NCBI GenBank assembly: GCA_045531855.1
Contig: JAZSEU010000030.1
Span: 1,412-65,411, forward strand
Source of the DNA: Acutalibacteraceae bacterium
Lineage (GTDB): Bacteria; Bacillota; Clostridia; Oscillospirales; Acutalibacteraceae
DNA length: 64,000 nucleotides
Direction of reading: 5' to 3'
Shown in pieces: positions 53,068 to 62,840 of this stretch (position 1 is the first letter of the stretch; every line of letters begins with the position of its first letter). The notes below the pieces were generated by a model that saw only the letters and a list, made by a program, of their open reading frames with translations, was not told where the DNA came from and did no database searches. The translations under genes and the position numbers were made by a program.

Positions 53068-55059
53068 ATGGATAGATTTGTTGGTAAAAGACTTGACGGA
53101 AGATACGAAATAAAAGAGATTATCGGTGTTGGCGGAATGGCTGTTGTTTATAAAGCACACGATAATGTTGAGAACAGAACGGTTGCTATAAAAATTCTCA
53201 AAGAGGAATTTGTTTCTAATGAGGAATTTTTACGCCGCTTTAAGAATGAGTCTAAGGCTATTGCTATGCTTGCTCATCCGAATATCGTTAAGGTTTATGA
53301 TGTTAGCTTCGGCGACCTTATTCAGTATATCGTAATGGAGCATATCGAGGGTATCACCCTTAAAGAGTTTATTGAACACGAGGGAAGTCTTCGTTGGAAG
53401 GACGCTGTTCATTTCACCATCCAGATACTCAAGGCTCTTCAGCATGCTCACGATAAGGGAATTGTTCACCGTGATGTAAAGCCTCAGAACATAATGGTTC
53501 TTTCTGATGGAACTATAAAGGTAACCGATTTCGGTATTGCAAGATTTGCAAGAAGTGAGCAGAGAACAATGACCGATAAGGCTATCGGTTCAGTTCATTA
53601 TATCAGTCCCGAGCAGGCAAGAGGTGAGAAGACTGATGAGAAGGCAGATATTTATTCTGTTGGTGTTATTCTTTATGAAATGCTCACAGGAAGAATGCCT
53701 TTCCAGGCAGAGAGTGCAGTTTCGGTTGCTATTATGCAGCTTCAGAGAGACCCTCAGCTTCCTACCGAGATTAACGGTTCAATCCCCTTAGGTCTTGAAC
53801 AGATTACTATGCACGCAATGCAGAAAACTCCTGAGAGACGATATCAGTCCTCGGCAGAAATGCTCTGCGACTTAGGTCAGTTCAGAAAAGACCCATCGCT
53901 TACCTTTGAATATCCTTATTTCGTTGATAATTCTCCAACCAAGTTTGTTGGAGCTATAAAGGAAGAGCTTGTAACAGAGGATGAGCCGGAAACTCGGGAA
54001 AAGAATAATATTATCCCTATTTTAGCAGGTGTTGCCGCAACCTTTGTTATTGCAATTATTATCATTATTGTTTTTGTTGTTGGCAAATGGGGAAAAACGG
54101 GCGAAGAAATTGTTTGTCCTAAGTTTATCGGTCAGACACTCAGCGATATCAAGGACAATGCAGAATATAAAGAAAATTTCAAGTTTATTGAAAAATGGGA
54201 ATTTAACGAAGACTTTGCTTACGGAATTGTTTATGAGCAGTCTGAAACAGAGGGTGAAAAGCTCAAAAAAGATGCTAAGATTACTCTTTATATAAGCAAG
54301 GGGCAGACAACCAGAAAGGTTCCCGATGTTTCGGGTAAAACCGAGGCTGCAGCTGTTTCTGAGCTTGAAGCAAACGGATTTAAAACTGTTGTTACCCAAA
54401 TTGCCGATGAAGATTTCGAAGAGGGAATTGTTATAAAAACAGACCCTGCAAGAACAACTGTCGTTGGAGAGGGAGCAGAGATTACTGTTTTTGTAAGCAC
54501 AGGAAAGCCAATTAAAAATGTTAAAGTACCCGATGTTATCGGTATGGAAAAGGCTGATGCTGAGAGCGAGCTTAAGGATAAAGGTCTTGTTGCAGAGTTT
54601 GTTGAAGCACCCATTACCGCAGAAGATAGATTTTATCCTGTTGGTTGTATTTTCAAGCAAGAGCCTGCTGCAAGCTCTGAAGAGGTTCCCGAAGGCACAA
54701 AAGTTAAGCTTTATGTCTGCACAGGATATAAGTTTGATTTATCCTTTGAGCTTCCGTCAGACCTTAAGGACGGAAAATATACAGTTGAGCTTTATGAAAA
54801 TGGAAAACTTATTCATAAGGGAGATACCATAAGCTCTGCTGCAGTGCACGGCGAATATAAGTTCGAGGGTGTTGTTACCAAGAAAACTGAGCTTACGGTT
54901 ACAGTTATGATTGATGACGGTAAAGAGCAGTATGAACTTTTCGATTATAAGGTTAATAACAAGACTGGTAAAAATTCTGTAATAACAAAATATAAAAATT
55001 ATCCGCAGGAATCCGATTTAGGAGATATTGATAACAGCAGTTCTGAGGCTAACGGATGA
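53068..55059 (+). CDS. prkC: Ser/Thr protein kinase with TM segment and extracellular PASTA repeats
   Basis: Kinase motifs GGMAVVYKA, HRDVKPQN, DFGIA. TM at IIPILAGVAATFVIAIIIIIVFVV. Repeated KVPDV...G modules. Confidence 0.92.
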   Translation: MDRFVGKRLDGRYEIKEIIGVGGMAVVYKAHDNVENRTVAIKILKEEFVSNEEFLRRFKNESKAIAMLAHPNIVKVYDVSFGDLIQYIVMEHIEGITLKEFIEHEGSLRWKDAVHFTIQILKALQHAHDKGIVHRDVKPQNIMVLSDGTIKVTDFGIARFARSEQRTMTDKAIGSVHYISPEQARGEKTDEKADIYSVGVILYEMLTGRMPFQAESAVSVAIMQLQRDPQLPTEINGSIPLGLEQITMHAMQKTPERRYQSSAEMLCDLGQFRKDPSLTFEYPYFVDNSPTKFVGAIKEELVTEDEPETREKNNIIPILAGVAATFVIAIIIIIVFVVGKWGKTGEEIVCPKFIGQTLSDIKDNAEYKENFKFIEKWEFNEDFAYGIVYEQSETEGEKLKKDAKITLYISKGQTTRKVPDVSGKTEAAAVSELEANGFKTVVTQIADEDFEEGIVIKTDPARTTVVGEGAEITVFVSTGKPIKNVKVPDVIGMEKADAESELKDKGLVAEFVEAPITAEDRFYPVGCIFKQEPAASSEEVPEGTKVKLYVCTGYKFDLSFELPSDLKDGKYTVELYENGKLIHKGDTISSAAVHGEYKFEGVVTKKTELTVTVMIDDGKEQYELFDYKVNNKTGKNSVITKYKNYPQESDLGDIDNSSSEANG

Positions 55060-55949
55060 TTATGGAAGGGATAATAGTTAAGGCATTATCCGGATTTTAT
55101 TATGTTGCCGCTGGCGGCAAAACCTATGAATGCAAAGCAAGGGGAAACTTCCGCAAAAGCGGAGTTTCCCCTTTGGTTGGAGATAAGGTTAAAATAGAAC
55201 TTTCGGATGATAAAAGCGGAGTGGTTGATGAGATATGTCTTCGGAAAAACAGTCTTTCAAGACCGCCTGTTGCTAATATCGATAAGCTTTTTATAGTTTC
55301 TTCCTATTCTTCGCCTCAACCAAATACTCTGATTATTGATAAAATGACCGTTATCGCTGAGCATAACGGAATTGAGCCCATTATTGTTTTTAATAAATGC
55401 GATATGGGTGATTTCAAAGATTTTCAGAAGATATATAAGAATGCGGGCTTTAAAACCTTTGTTGTATCGGCAGAGAACGGCGAGGGCTTTGAGGCTTTGC
55501 AGAAGGAAATGAAGGATTGTATCAGTGCATTTACTGGGAATTCGGGCGTTGGGAAATCGAGTATCCTTAACAGAGTTTTTGGAAGTGAATTGATAACAAC
55601 AGGTGAAGTAAGTGAAAAGCTTGGCCGAGGAAGACATACAACAAGACATACCGAGCTTTATCCTTTGTCATTTGGAGGCTTCGTTGCCGATACCCCAGGC
55701 TTTTCAGCTTTAGAGCTCGGGGGATTTGATTATGAGCTTAAGGAAAATCTCGTAAATTGCTTTAGTGATTTTGAAGAATTTAAAGATTTATGCCGTTTTT
55801 CTTCCTGCACTCACACGAAGGAAAAGGGCTGTGCTATTTTAGACGCATTAATTCAGGGAAAAATAGAAGAGACGAGACATAAGTCATATATTGCTTTTTT
55901 TGAAGAAATGAAGGATTTAAAGCCCTGGGAAGCAAAAAGAAACAAATAA
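55056..55949 (+). CDS. rsgA: Ribosome small-subunit-dependent GTPase A
   Basis: OB N-terminus, circularly permuted GTPase (NKCD...GNSGVGKSS), C-terminal zinc knuckle CRFSSCTHTKEKGC. Confidence 0.92.
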   Translation: MIMEGIIVKALSGFYYVAAGGKTYECKARGNFRKSGVSPLVGDKVKIELSDDKSGVVDEICLRKNSLSRPPVANIDKLFIVSSYSSPQPNTLIIDKMTVIAEHNGIEPIIVFNKCDMGDFKDFQKIYKNAGFKTFVVSAENGEGFEALQKEMKDCISAFTGNSGVGKSSILNRVFGSELITTGEVSEKLGRGRHTTRHTELYPLSFGGFVADTPGFSALELGGFDYELKENLVNCFSDFEEFKDLCRFSSCTHTKEKGCAILDALIQGKIEETRHKSYIAFFEEMKDLKPWEAKRNK

Positions 55950-56022
55950 AAGAGAATTTAATGTAACAAATAAAAGCTTTTCTCTATATACTGTTAGTGT
56001 AAGTCATCGGGAGGGAAGCTAT

Positions 56023-56169
56023 ATGAGGAGAAACCGCTGTTCTAAAAAAGGCTTATTAGCTTTAACCTTTGCTTGCGGACTTCTTGTGAGTTGCTTTTGC
56101 CCTCCGAAATTTTTGGTGGCTGTACTGGCTATCTGGGTTATAATACTTGGAATTTCAGCCTGTAAGTAA
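56023..56169 (+). CDS. 48-aa Cys-containing small membrane protein (unannotated micro-ORF)
   Basis: GGGAGGGA RBS, then MRRNRCSKKGLLALTFACGLLVSCFCPPKFLVAVLAIWVIILGISACK. Confidence 0.45.
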   Translation: MRRNRCSKKGLLALTFACGLLVSCFCPPKFLVAVLAIWVIILGISACK

Positions 56170-56182
56170 CGGAGGGAACATA

Positions 56183-56266
56183 ATGAAAGTGGTTTTAATT
56201 AAAAGTCCTAAGTTTTTAGGTGGTATTCTCAGAATGCTTTTTGGAATTAAAAAACAAAATGCTTAA
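56183..56266 (+). CDS. spoVM: Stage V sporulation protein M (27 aa)
   Basis: GGAGGGA RBS. MKVVLIKSPKFLGGILRMLFGIKKQNA compares with B. subtilis SpoVM MKFYTIKLPKFLGGIVRAMLGSFRKD. Conserved neighbourhood near prkC/rsgA. Confidence 0.75.
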   Translation: MKVVLIKSPKFLGGILRMLFGIKKQNA

Positions 56267-56271
56267 TACAT

Positions 56272-56304
56272 AAAAAGACCTATGCCGCAGCATAGGTCTT
56301 TTTT
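56272..56304. terminator. Bidirectional rho-independent terminator
   Basis: agacctatgc pairs with gcataggtct, loop cgca, flanked by an A-run and a T-run. Confidence 0.85.
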
Positions 56305-57030
56305 CTATCTTTTAACTTTCTCACCATATCCATAGGGTTGTTTATGATATTTTGAGTTGATGCTGTGTCTCGCATCGGTTTGGTTAAGAACAACACCGAT
56401 AATTTCGCATCCGCTCTTAGATAGCTGTTCCTTAACTTTAATAGCATCGTTTTGCTTCACCTTGCCCGAAGCTAGAACTAAGATAGCCCCATCGCAGTTA
56501 ACCGAGATAACAGCCGCATCAATAACCGGACCTAATGGCGGGGAATCGATAATGATATAATCATAAATCTTTCTGAATTTTTCAAGAATTTCTTTAAAGA
56601 TTTCAGAGTTTAAAAGCTCAACGGGGTTTGGCGGAAAATGACCGCTGAATATAACATCAAAATCAGGCATTTGGGTGTTATATAAAACCTGACTGATGTC
56701 AGCCTGTCCCGATAGAAGCTCAGAAAGACCTAAAATTCCTTGGGTTTTAAGGTTGCGGCGAAGGATAACCGATTTTCTCATATCTGCATCGATAAGAAGG
56801 GTTTTCTTATTGATTTCAGAAAGGCTCTTTGAAAGCTCGGTTGCAACGGTGCTCTTGCCCTCATTTTCAACAGAAGAGGTTACAAGAATTACCTTTTTAT
56901 TTTTGCCGCAGAATAATAGGTTCGAACGAAGGGTTTTAAAAGCTTCGTTGGTTGAATAATCTGTTGTTGCAGAGGCGTTAAAATTAACTCTACCTACAGT
57001 TTTTAATTCATCAAAATTCAAAATATCCAT
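56305..57030 (-). CDS. CpsD/CapB-family bacterial tyrosine kinase (BY-kinase)
   Basis: Walker A SSVENEGKST, A' LIDADMRK, B IIIDSPP. Confidence 0.88.
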   Translation of the reverse strand: MDILNFDELKTVGRVNFNASATTDYSTNEAFKTLRSNLLFCGKNKKVILVTSSVENEGKSTVATELSKSLSEINKKTLLIDADMRKSVILRRNLKTQGILGLSELLSGQADISQVLYNTQMPDFDVIFSGHFPPNPVELLNSEIFKEILEKFRKIYDYIIIDSPPLGPVIDAAVISVNCDGAILVLASGKVKQNDAIKVKEQLSKSGCEIIGVVLNQTDARHSINSKYHKQPYGYGEKVKR

Positions 57031-57050
57031 TTATATAGCCTTTCGGTTGT

Positions 57051-57743
57051 TTAATATTTCGGTTTTTGTTTTCCCTGATTATAGGGAATAGATGCTAAAA
57101 CATTAAGGTTAAGATATTTTTCAATATCTTTAGAGGTTGAAATTTTATTATCAGTCAGATAAATAGCCAGGATTATAATAGCAGAAACAATAACTCCAAA
57201 TGCAAAAGCATAAATTAGGTTAAGTAAGGTATTGGGTGAAGAGGGGGTTTTTTCAAGACTGCCGTTTCGGATTATGTTTATTCGGTCAAAGCCCATAACA
57301 TCAACCAGCTTGTCCTGCGAAATGCGACAGATACTGTCAGCAATCTTCTTAGAGTCCTCAGCCTTTGGAGAACGCACCTTAATTTCGATTATGCGGGTGT
57401 TTTCAGGCTGAGAAACCTGAATGAAGCCTTTTAAGGTGTTAACATCATATTTGTTTCCAAGGTCGTTCGCAACCTCTTCAAGAACAACCATATCTCCAAT
57501 AATCTCTGTAAAGTCGTTAGTAAGATATGTAGAAATCGAGAAGTCAACTGAATTTACAACCTGAGTTTCTTTATTAACAACATAAAGCTTAGCGGTTGAA
57601 TCGTACATTGGTGTTGCGATAAGGGATGAATAGATAAAGGATATAATCAGTGATATCGCAAGAATAGGTGCTATGATAAACCAACGTTTGATTGCCAGAA
57701 TTATAAGCTCAGTAAAGTCAACAGTTTTTTTATTTTCAGACAT
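57051..57743 (-). CDS. Wzz/CpsC-type chain-length determinant (BY-kinase transmembrane modulator)
   Basis: 230 aa with N- and C-terminal TM segments flanking a periplasmic-type domain. Upstream of the kinase gene. Confidence 0.85.
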   Translation of the reverse strand: MSENKKTVDFTELIILAIKRWFIIAPILAISLIISFIYSSLIATPMYDSTAKLYVVNKETQVVNSVDFSISTYLTNDFTEIIGDMVVLEEVANDLGNKYDVNTLKGFIQVSQPENTRIIEIKVRSPKAEDSKKIADSICRISQDKLVDVMGFDRINIIRNGSLEKTPSSPNTLLNLIYAFAFGVIVSAIIILAIYLTDNKISTSKDIEKYLNLNVLASIPYNQGKQKPKY

Positions 57744-57874
57744 TTTTTTCTCCGTATTACATTTTTTGAAGTGTACATCAAAATACAGTTCATTCTATCA
57801 CACATAATAATATTTTGCAAGAGGTATATTATTGAATTGGCAATAATTTTATACAAAAGTAATGTTCAATACAC

Positions 57875-57903
57875 TTGAAAAATGTAATAAAATGTTGTAA
57901 AAT
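57875..57903 (+). promoter_or_regulatory. Candidate promoter of the rnf operon
   Basis: TTGAAA, 17 nt, TAAAAT. Confidence 0.4.
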
Positions 57904-57945
57904 TATTATGTATTATTGTATACGATATTTTCAAAGGAGTATGTT

Positions 57946-59244
57946 ATGGAGAAAAAAGAAAAAATACTTCGTCCCGTTAAGATGATTAGCGGCGGAGCAT
58001 CTTTGCCCCATTTGAAAAAATCCGCAGAAATCGAAACGGTTGTTATGCCTCCTGTTTCAAAGGTGAGCATTCCTCTGCAGCAGCATATTGGAGCACCCGC
58101 TGAAAGTGTTGTTAAAGCAGGCGATAAGGTTTTTGTTGGGACACTTATTGCAAAATCGGGCGGTTTTGTGAGTGCACCTGTTCATTCAAGCGTTTCGGGA
58201 ACAGTTCAGTCTGTTGGAAGCCATATTGTTATTGAATCGGACGGACTTATGGAAAAGGACCCTGAGCTTAAGCCGTTTCCAGTTAAAACCCCTGACGATT
58301 TAGCAGAGGCTGCTGATATGTGTGGTCTTGTTGGTCTCGGTGGTGCAGGCTTTCCTGCTAAGGTTAAGCTTACGATTAAGCCCGAAACCAAGATAGATAC
58401 CCTTATAATCAACGCTGCAGAGTGCGAGCCTTATATCACGAGCGATTACAGAGAGTGTATGGAAGCTTATGATGATGTTATTGAGGGAGTTTATCTTATC
58501 AAGGATATACTCGGTATTGAAAAGGTTATAATCTGCGTTGAAAGTAATAAGAAAAAGGCTATCGAAAAGCTTTATGAAATCGCAACAGATAAGAGGGACA
58601 GTGATGACACTGTTAAGCTTATGCGACTTCCTACTCAGTATCCTCAGGGTGCTGAAAAGGTTATAATCTATTCTGCAACGGGTAGAAAAGTGCCGCTTGG
58701 AAAGCTTCCGAGTGATGTTGGCTGTATTGTTATGAACGTTACAAGCGTTGCAACCCTTTATAGATTTATTAAAACAGGTATGCCGCTTGTATCAAAGAGG
58801 GTTACTGTTGACGGCACCTCAGTTACTGAGCCGAAAAATGTTATCGTTCCGATAGGAACGCCTATTAAGGAGCTTCTCGAGTTCGTTGGAACTGTTGATG
58901 AGGAAGCCGATGAAATCATTATGGGCGGACCAATGATGGGTATCGATGTTTGCGAGGAAACAGCGGTTGTTGAAAAAAGAAATAACGCAATAACCGTTAT
59001 GAAATCGCATGATACTCCAAAGGTAACTGCTTGTATTCGTTGCGGAAGATGTGCTTCTTCTTGTCCTATGAAGCTTTATCCTGCCTCGGTTGACGGTGCT
59101 ATAACCTTTGGACCTGAAAAACTCAAGAATTTAAATGTTAATTACTGTATGGAATGCGGAAGCTGTTCCTTTGTATGTCCTGCGAACCGACCGCTAACTC
59201 AGACTATGCGACTTGCTAAATCAATGCTAAGAAAGGGGATATAA
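57946..59244 (+). CDS. rnfC: Rnf complex subunit C
   Basis: ATG 57946 after AAAGGAG. GLGGAGFP NADH/FMN motif. Two 4Fe-4S motifs, CIRCGRCASSCP and CMECGSCSFVCP. Confidence 0.92.
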   Translation: MEKKEKILRPVKMISGGASLPHLKKSAEIETVVMPPVSKVSIPLQQHIGAPAESVVKAGDKVFVGTLIAKSGGFVSAPVHSSVSGTVQSVGSHIVIESDGLMEKDPELKPFPVKTPDDLAEAADMCGLVGLGGAGFPAKVKLTIKPETKIDTLIINAAECEPYITSDYRECMEAYDDVIEGVYLIKDILGIEKVIICVESNKKKAIEKLYEIATDKRDSDDTVKLMRLPTQYPQGAEKVIIYSATGRKVPLGKLPSDVGCIVMNVTSVATLYRFIKTGMPLVSKRVTVDGTSVTEPKNVIVPIGTPIKELLEFVGTVDEEADEIIMGGPMMGIDVCEETAVVEKRNNAITVMKSHDTPKVTACIRCGRCASSCPMKLYPASVDGAITFGPEKLKNLNVNYCMECGSCSFVCPANRPLTQTMRLAKSMLRKGI

Positions 59245-59246
59245 AA

Positions 59247-60173
59247 ATGAAAAGTATTTTAAATGTTGCTTCTTCTCCCCATATCAAGCATATTGATACA
59301 ACAAGCGGTATAATGCTCGATGTTATAATCGCTTTGCTTCCTGCATGTGTTTTCGGTTGCATTCTTTTTGGTATAAAAGCTGCTTTAGTGCTTCTTGTAA
59401 CTGTTGCAAGTGCAGTTATAAGTGAATTTTTATGGAACAAGATTTTAAAAAAAGAAACAACTATCGGTGATTTATCGGCAGTTGTTACGGGACTTTTGCT
59501 TGGAATGAACCTGCCCTCAACCATTCCGCTTTGGATGGCGGCTATTGGCGGTGCAGTTGCGATAATCGTTGTTAAGCAGATGTTCGGCGGAATAGGTTGT
59601 AACTTTGCAAACCCTGCAATAGCGGCAAGAATTGTGTTGCTTGTTTCTTTCCCTGCTGCGATGACAAGCTTTGCAGAACCGATTTCGCATATCCCCGTAA
59701 CCTCAGCAACACCCCTTGCGGCAGAGGTTGCACCCTCTATTAAAAACCTTTTCTTTGGTTTACATAGCGGTTGTATCGGCGAAACCTCAGCATTTTTACT
59801 TATAATCGGCGGTCTTTATCTTATTATCCGCCGTGTAATTTCTCCCGTTATTCCCGTTTGCTTTATCGGAACAGTCGCTGTTTGTTCCTTAATTGCAGGT
59901 GATAGCCTTTCGGTTTCCTTACTTGGTGGAGGACTAATGCTCGGTGCTATATTTATGGCAACTGACTATACCACAAGCCCCACAACCAAGCTTGGCAAGT
60001 TAGTATTCGGTATCGGCTGCGGACTTATAACCTTTGTTATAAGAAAGTTTGCCGCTCTTCCCGAGGGAGTTTCATATTCGATACTTCTTATGAATATTTT
60101 AGTTCCTCATATTAACCGATTAACCCTTTCTAAACCCTTTGGCTTTGTAAAGGAGGGAAAGAGTAATGGTTGA
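59247..60173 (+). CDS. rnfD: Rnf complex subunit D
   Basis: Polytopic NqrB/RnfD pattern including the FMN-attachment region FMATDYTTSP. Confidence 0.92.
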   Translation: MKSILNVASSPHIKHIDTTSGIMLDVIIALLPACVFGCILFGIKAALVLLVTVASAVISEFLWNKILKKETTIGDLSAVVTGLLLGMNLPSTIPLWMAAIGGAVAIIVVKQMFGGIGCNFANPAIAARIVLLVSFPAAMTSFAEPISHIPVTSATPLAAEVAPSIKNLFFGLHSGCIGETSAFLLIIGGLYLIIRRVISPVIPVCFIGTVAVCSLIAGDSLSVSLLGGGLMLGAIFMATDYTTSPTTKLGKLVFGIGCGLITFVIRKFAALPEGVSYSILLMNILVPHINRLTLSKPFGFVKEGKSNG

Positions 60174-60783
60174 TTTTATTAAGAAAAACTGGAATGATAT
60201 TTTCAAGCCCGTTGTGGTTTTGCTTGCGATTTGCGTTGTAATTCCTTTGGCTCTTTCCTTAACCAACAAAATAACAGTTAAGAGAATAGCAGAGCTTGAG
60301 AAGAAAAATACAAATGAAACTATGACAAGTCTTATTTCTGCTGAAGAGTTTGAAGAAAAAACATTCGGCTCAGAAAATATCTTTAACTATTATGTTGCAA
60401 AGAGCGAGGATAAGGAAATAGGCTATATCTTTGTAACAAAGGCTAAGGGCTATGGCGGCGAGGTTTCTGTTATGACCGCTGTTAATATTGATGGTACGGT
60501 TAAATCGGTTGCTATTTTAGATGCCTCAAACGAAACCCCAGGACTTGGACAAAATGTTACAAAGGAAAGCTTTTACTCTCAGTTTACAGGCAAAAAAGAG
60601 GGAGTAAAGGTGCTTAAAAACGGAGCGGATAGCGAAAAGAATGAAATTGATGCCGTAACAGGTGCAACAATTTCTTCCCGTGCCGTAACCAAAGCGGTTA
60701 ATGAAGCACTCGAAAATTATAAAATTGTAAAATCACTTTCTTCAACCTATGTACCCGAAGGGGAGGTGGCAGTAAATGAGTAA
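60166..60783 (+). CDS. rnfG: Rnf complex subunit G
   Basis: N-terminal TM segment. FMN-binding domain with GATISS motif. Confidence 0.9.
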   Translation: MVDFIKKNWNDIFKPVVVLLAICVVIPLALSLTNKITVKRIAELEKKNTNETMTSLISAEEFEEKTFGSENIFNYYVAKSEDKEIGYIFVTKAKGYGGEVSVMTAVNIDGTVKSVAILDASNETPGLGQNVTKESFYSQFTGKKEGVKVLKNGADSEKNEIDAVTGATISSRAVTKAVNEALENYKIVKSLSSTYVPEGEVAVNE

Positions 60784-61471
60784 GAAATATTTAGGATATT
60801 TTACAAACGGTCTTATAAAGGAAAACCCTGTTTTAAGACTTGTGCTTGGCACCTGCCCCACCTTAGCGGTTACAACTGCCGCTATTAACGGTATCGGAAT
60901 GGGAATTTCGGCAACGGTTGTTCTTGTTTGCTCAAACCTTGTTATTTCATTACTCCGTAATGTTATTCCCGATAAGGTTAGAATTCCCGCATTTATAACC
61001 GTTATCGCAGGCTTTGTTAGCGTTGTTCAGATGCTTGTTAAGGCATTTTTACCCTCGATTGATAAGGCACTTGGAATATTCTTGCCGTTAATCGTTGTTA
61101 ACTGCATTATTTTAGCCCGTGCCGAAATGTTTGCTTCCAAAAACAGTGTTGTTCCAAGTATTTTAGACGGACTCGGAATGGGAATAGGCTTTACCGCAGT
61201 TTTAACCCTTATGGGTGCTATTCGTGAGTTGTTTGGAGCGGGAACATTGTTTTCTCTCCCCGTAACCGCCGAGTTTATCGACCCGATGGTTATATTCTTG
61301 TTACCTCCCGGTGGATTTTTCGTGTTTGGTGTTTTGGTTGCAGTTTCTAATGCAATAGCCAAGAGAAACGGAAAGAAACCTGTAGAACATTTAGGCTGTG
61401 CAAATTGCCCATCACGTGCTATTTGCGGCAAGACAGAGTGCGAAGAAAAGGAGGCAGTAGTTAATGAATAA
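60776..61471 (+). CDS. rnfE: Rnf complex subunit E
   Basis: ENPVLRLVLGTCPTLAVTT signature of RnfE/NqrD. Confidence 0.92.
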   Translation: MSKKYLGYFTNGLIKENPVLRLVLGTCPTLAVTTAAINGIGMGISATVVLVCSNLVISLLRNVIPDKVRIPAFITVIAGFVSVVQMLVKAFLPSIDKALGIFLPLIVVNCIILARAEMFASKNSVVPSILDGLGMGIGFTAVLTLMGAIRELFGAGTLFSLPVTAEFIDPMVIFLLPPGGFFVFGVLVAVSNAIAKRNGKKPVEHLGCANCPSRAICGKTECEEKEAVVNE

Positions 61472-62045
61472 TACAACTATAGTTTCAATTTTACTTGCCT
61501 CTATTTTAACAAATAATATGGTATTATCGAAGTTCCTTGGAATTTGTCCTTTTTTAGGTGTTTCCAAGAAAACCAACACCGCCTTTTCAATGAGTATTGC
61601 CGTTACATTGGTAATGGTGGTTGCAACGGCGGTTACATGGCCGATTTATACCTATATTTTATCCCCTAATTTTACCTATCTTCAGACAATAGTTTTTATC
61701 CTTGTTATAGCGGCTATTGTTCAGCTTATTGAAATTGTTTTAAAGCGTTATATTAAGCCGATTTATAATGCCCTTGGAATTTATCTTCCCCTTATAACCA
61801 CTAACTGTGCGGTTTTGGGTATTACAATGCTTAACATAACCGATGAGCTTAATTTTGTTCAGTCTTTATTCAACGCTTTAGGAGCAGGACTCGGCTTTAT
61901 GCTTGCTATGCTTCTTTTCTCGGGCGTTAGAGAAAGAATGGAAACTTCAAATGTTCCCGAATTTTTAAAGGGACTTCCCATAACACTTATCGCAGCAGCC
62001 TTGGTATCTCTTTCATTTTTAGGCTTTGCAGGAATAGGAGGTTAA
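61464..62045 (+). CDS. rnfA: Rnf complex subunit A
   Basis: NNMVLSKFLGICPFLGVS signature of RnfA/NqrE. Confidence 0.92.
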   Translation: MNNTTIVSILLASILTNNMVLSKFLGICPFLGVSKKTNTAFSMSIAVTLVMVVATAVTWPIYTYILSPNFTYLQTIVFILVIAAIVQLIEIVLKRYIKPIYNALGIYLPLITTNCAVLGITMLNITDELNFVQSLFNALGAGLGFMLAMLLFSGVRERMETSNVPEFLKGLPITLIAAALVSLSFLGFAGIGG

Positions 62046-62048
62046 TAT

Positions 62049-62825
62049 ATGGAAATTCTATTACCTGTAATAATAGTGGCTGTTATAGGTCTTGTGGCGG
62101 GTGTCGGTTTATCCTTAGCTTCAAAGTTTATGGCTGTTCCTGTTGATGAAAAGCAGGAGAAAATAGCTGAGGCACTTCCAGGAGCTAACTGCGGTGCCTG
62201 CGGATATTCAGGCTGTGATGGTTATGCTGCGGCTATAGCTTCGGGTGAGGCTGAGCCTAACCTTTGTGCCCCCGGAGGAGCGACAGCGGCGGCTGCTATT
62301 GCCGAAATCTTGGGTGTTGAGGTTAAAAATGAGCCCAAGGTTGCCTTTATTGCCTGCAAAGGAAATAGAGAAATAACAAAGCAAAAATATAACTATCAGG
62401 GGCTTGAAAGCTGTGCGGCGGCATCTCTTTTATATAAGGGTCCGCTTGAGTGTGAATTTGGTTGTATTGGCTTTGGGGACTGTATGATAGCCTGTCCTTT
62501 CGGTGCAATTACCCTTGAAAACGGCAAGCCCATAGTTTGCGAAGATATATGCGTTGGTTGTTCAAAATGCGTTGCAGCTTGTCCTAAGGCAATTATTTCG
62601 CTTATCCCGAAAGACCATAAAACAACCGTTAACTGCTCCAACAAGAATAAGGGCGCAGCAGTTGTTAAGGCTTGTGCAGTTTCCTGTATTGCTTGCCGTT
62701 TGTGCGAAAAGCAGTGCGAAGTGGGAGCTATCAGCATTGTTGATAATCTTGCTGTTATCGACCATTCACTTTGTAACGGCTGCGGTAAATGCAAAGCCGT
62801 TTGCAAGAGGGGTGTTTTAATTTAA
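62049..62825 (+). CDS. rnfB: Rnf complex subunit B
   Basis: N-terminal TM segment, CGACGYSGC cluster, several ferredoxin-type CxxCxxCxxxCP motifs. Confidence 0.92.
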   Translation: MEILLPVIIVAVIGLVAGVGLSLASKFMAVPVDEKQEKIAEALPGANCGACGYSGCDGYAAAIASGEAEPNLCAPGGATAAAAIAEILGVEVKNEPKVAFIACKGNREITKQKYNYQGLESCAAASLLYKGPLECEFGCIGFGDCMIACPFGAITLENGKPIVCEDICVGCSKCVAACPKAIISLIPKDHKTTVNCSNKNKGAAVVKACAVSCIACRLCEKQCEVGAISIVDNLAVIDHSLCNGCGKCKAVCKRGVLI

Positions 62826-62840
62826 AATTCGGGAGATAAA

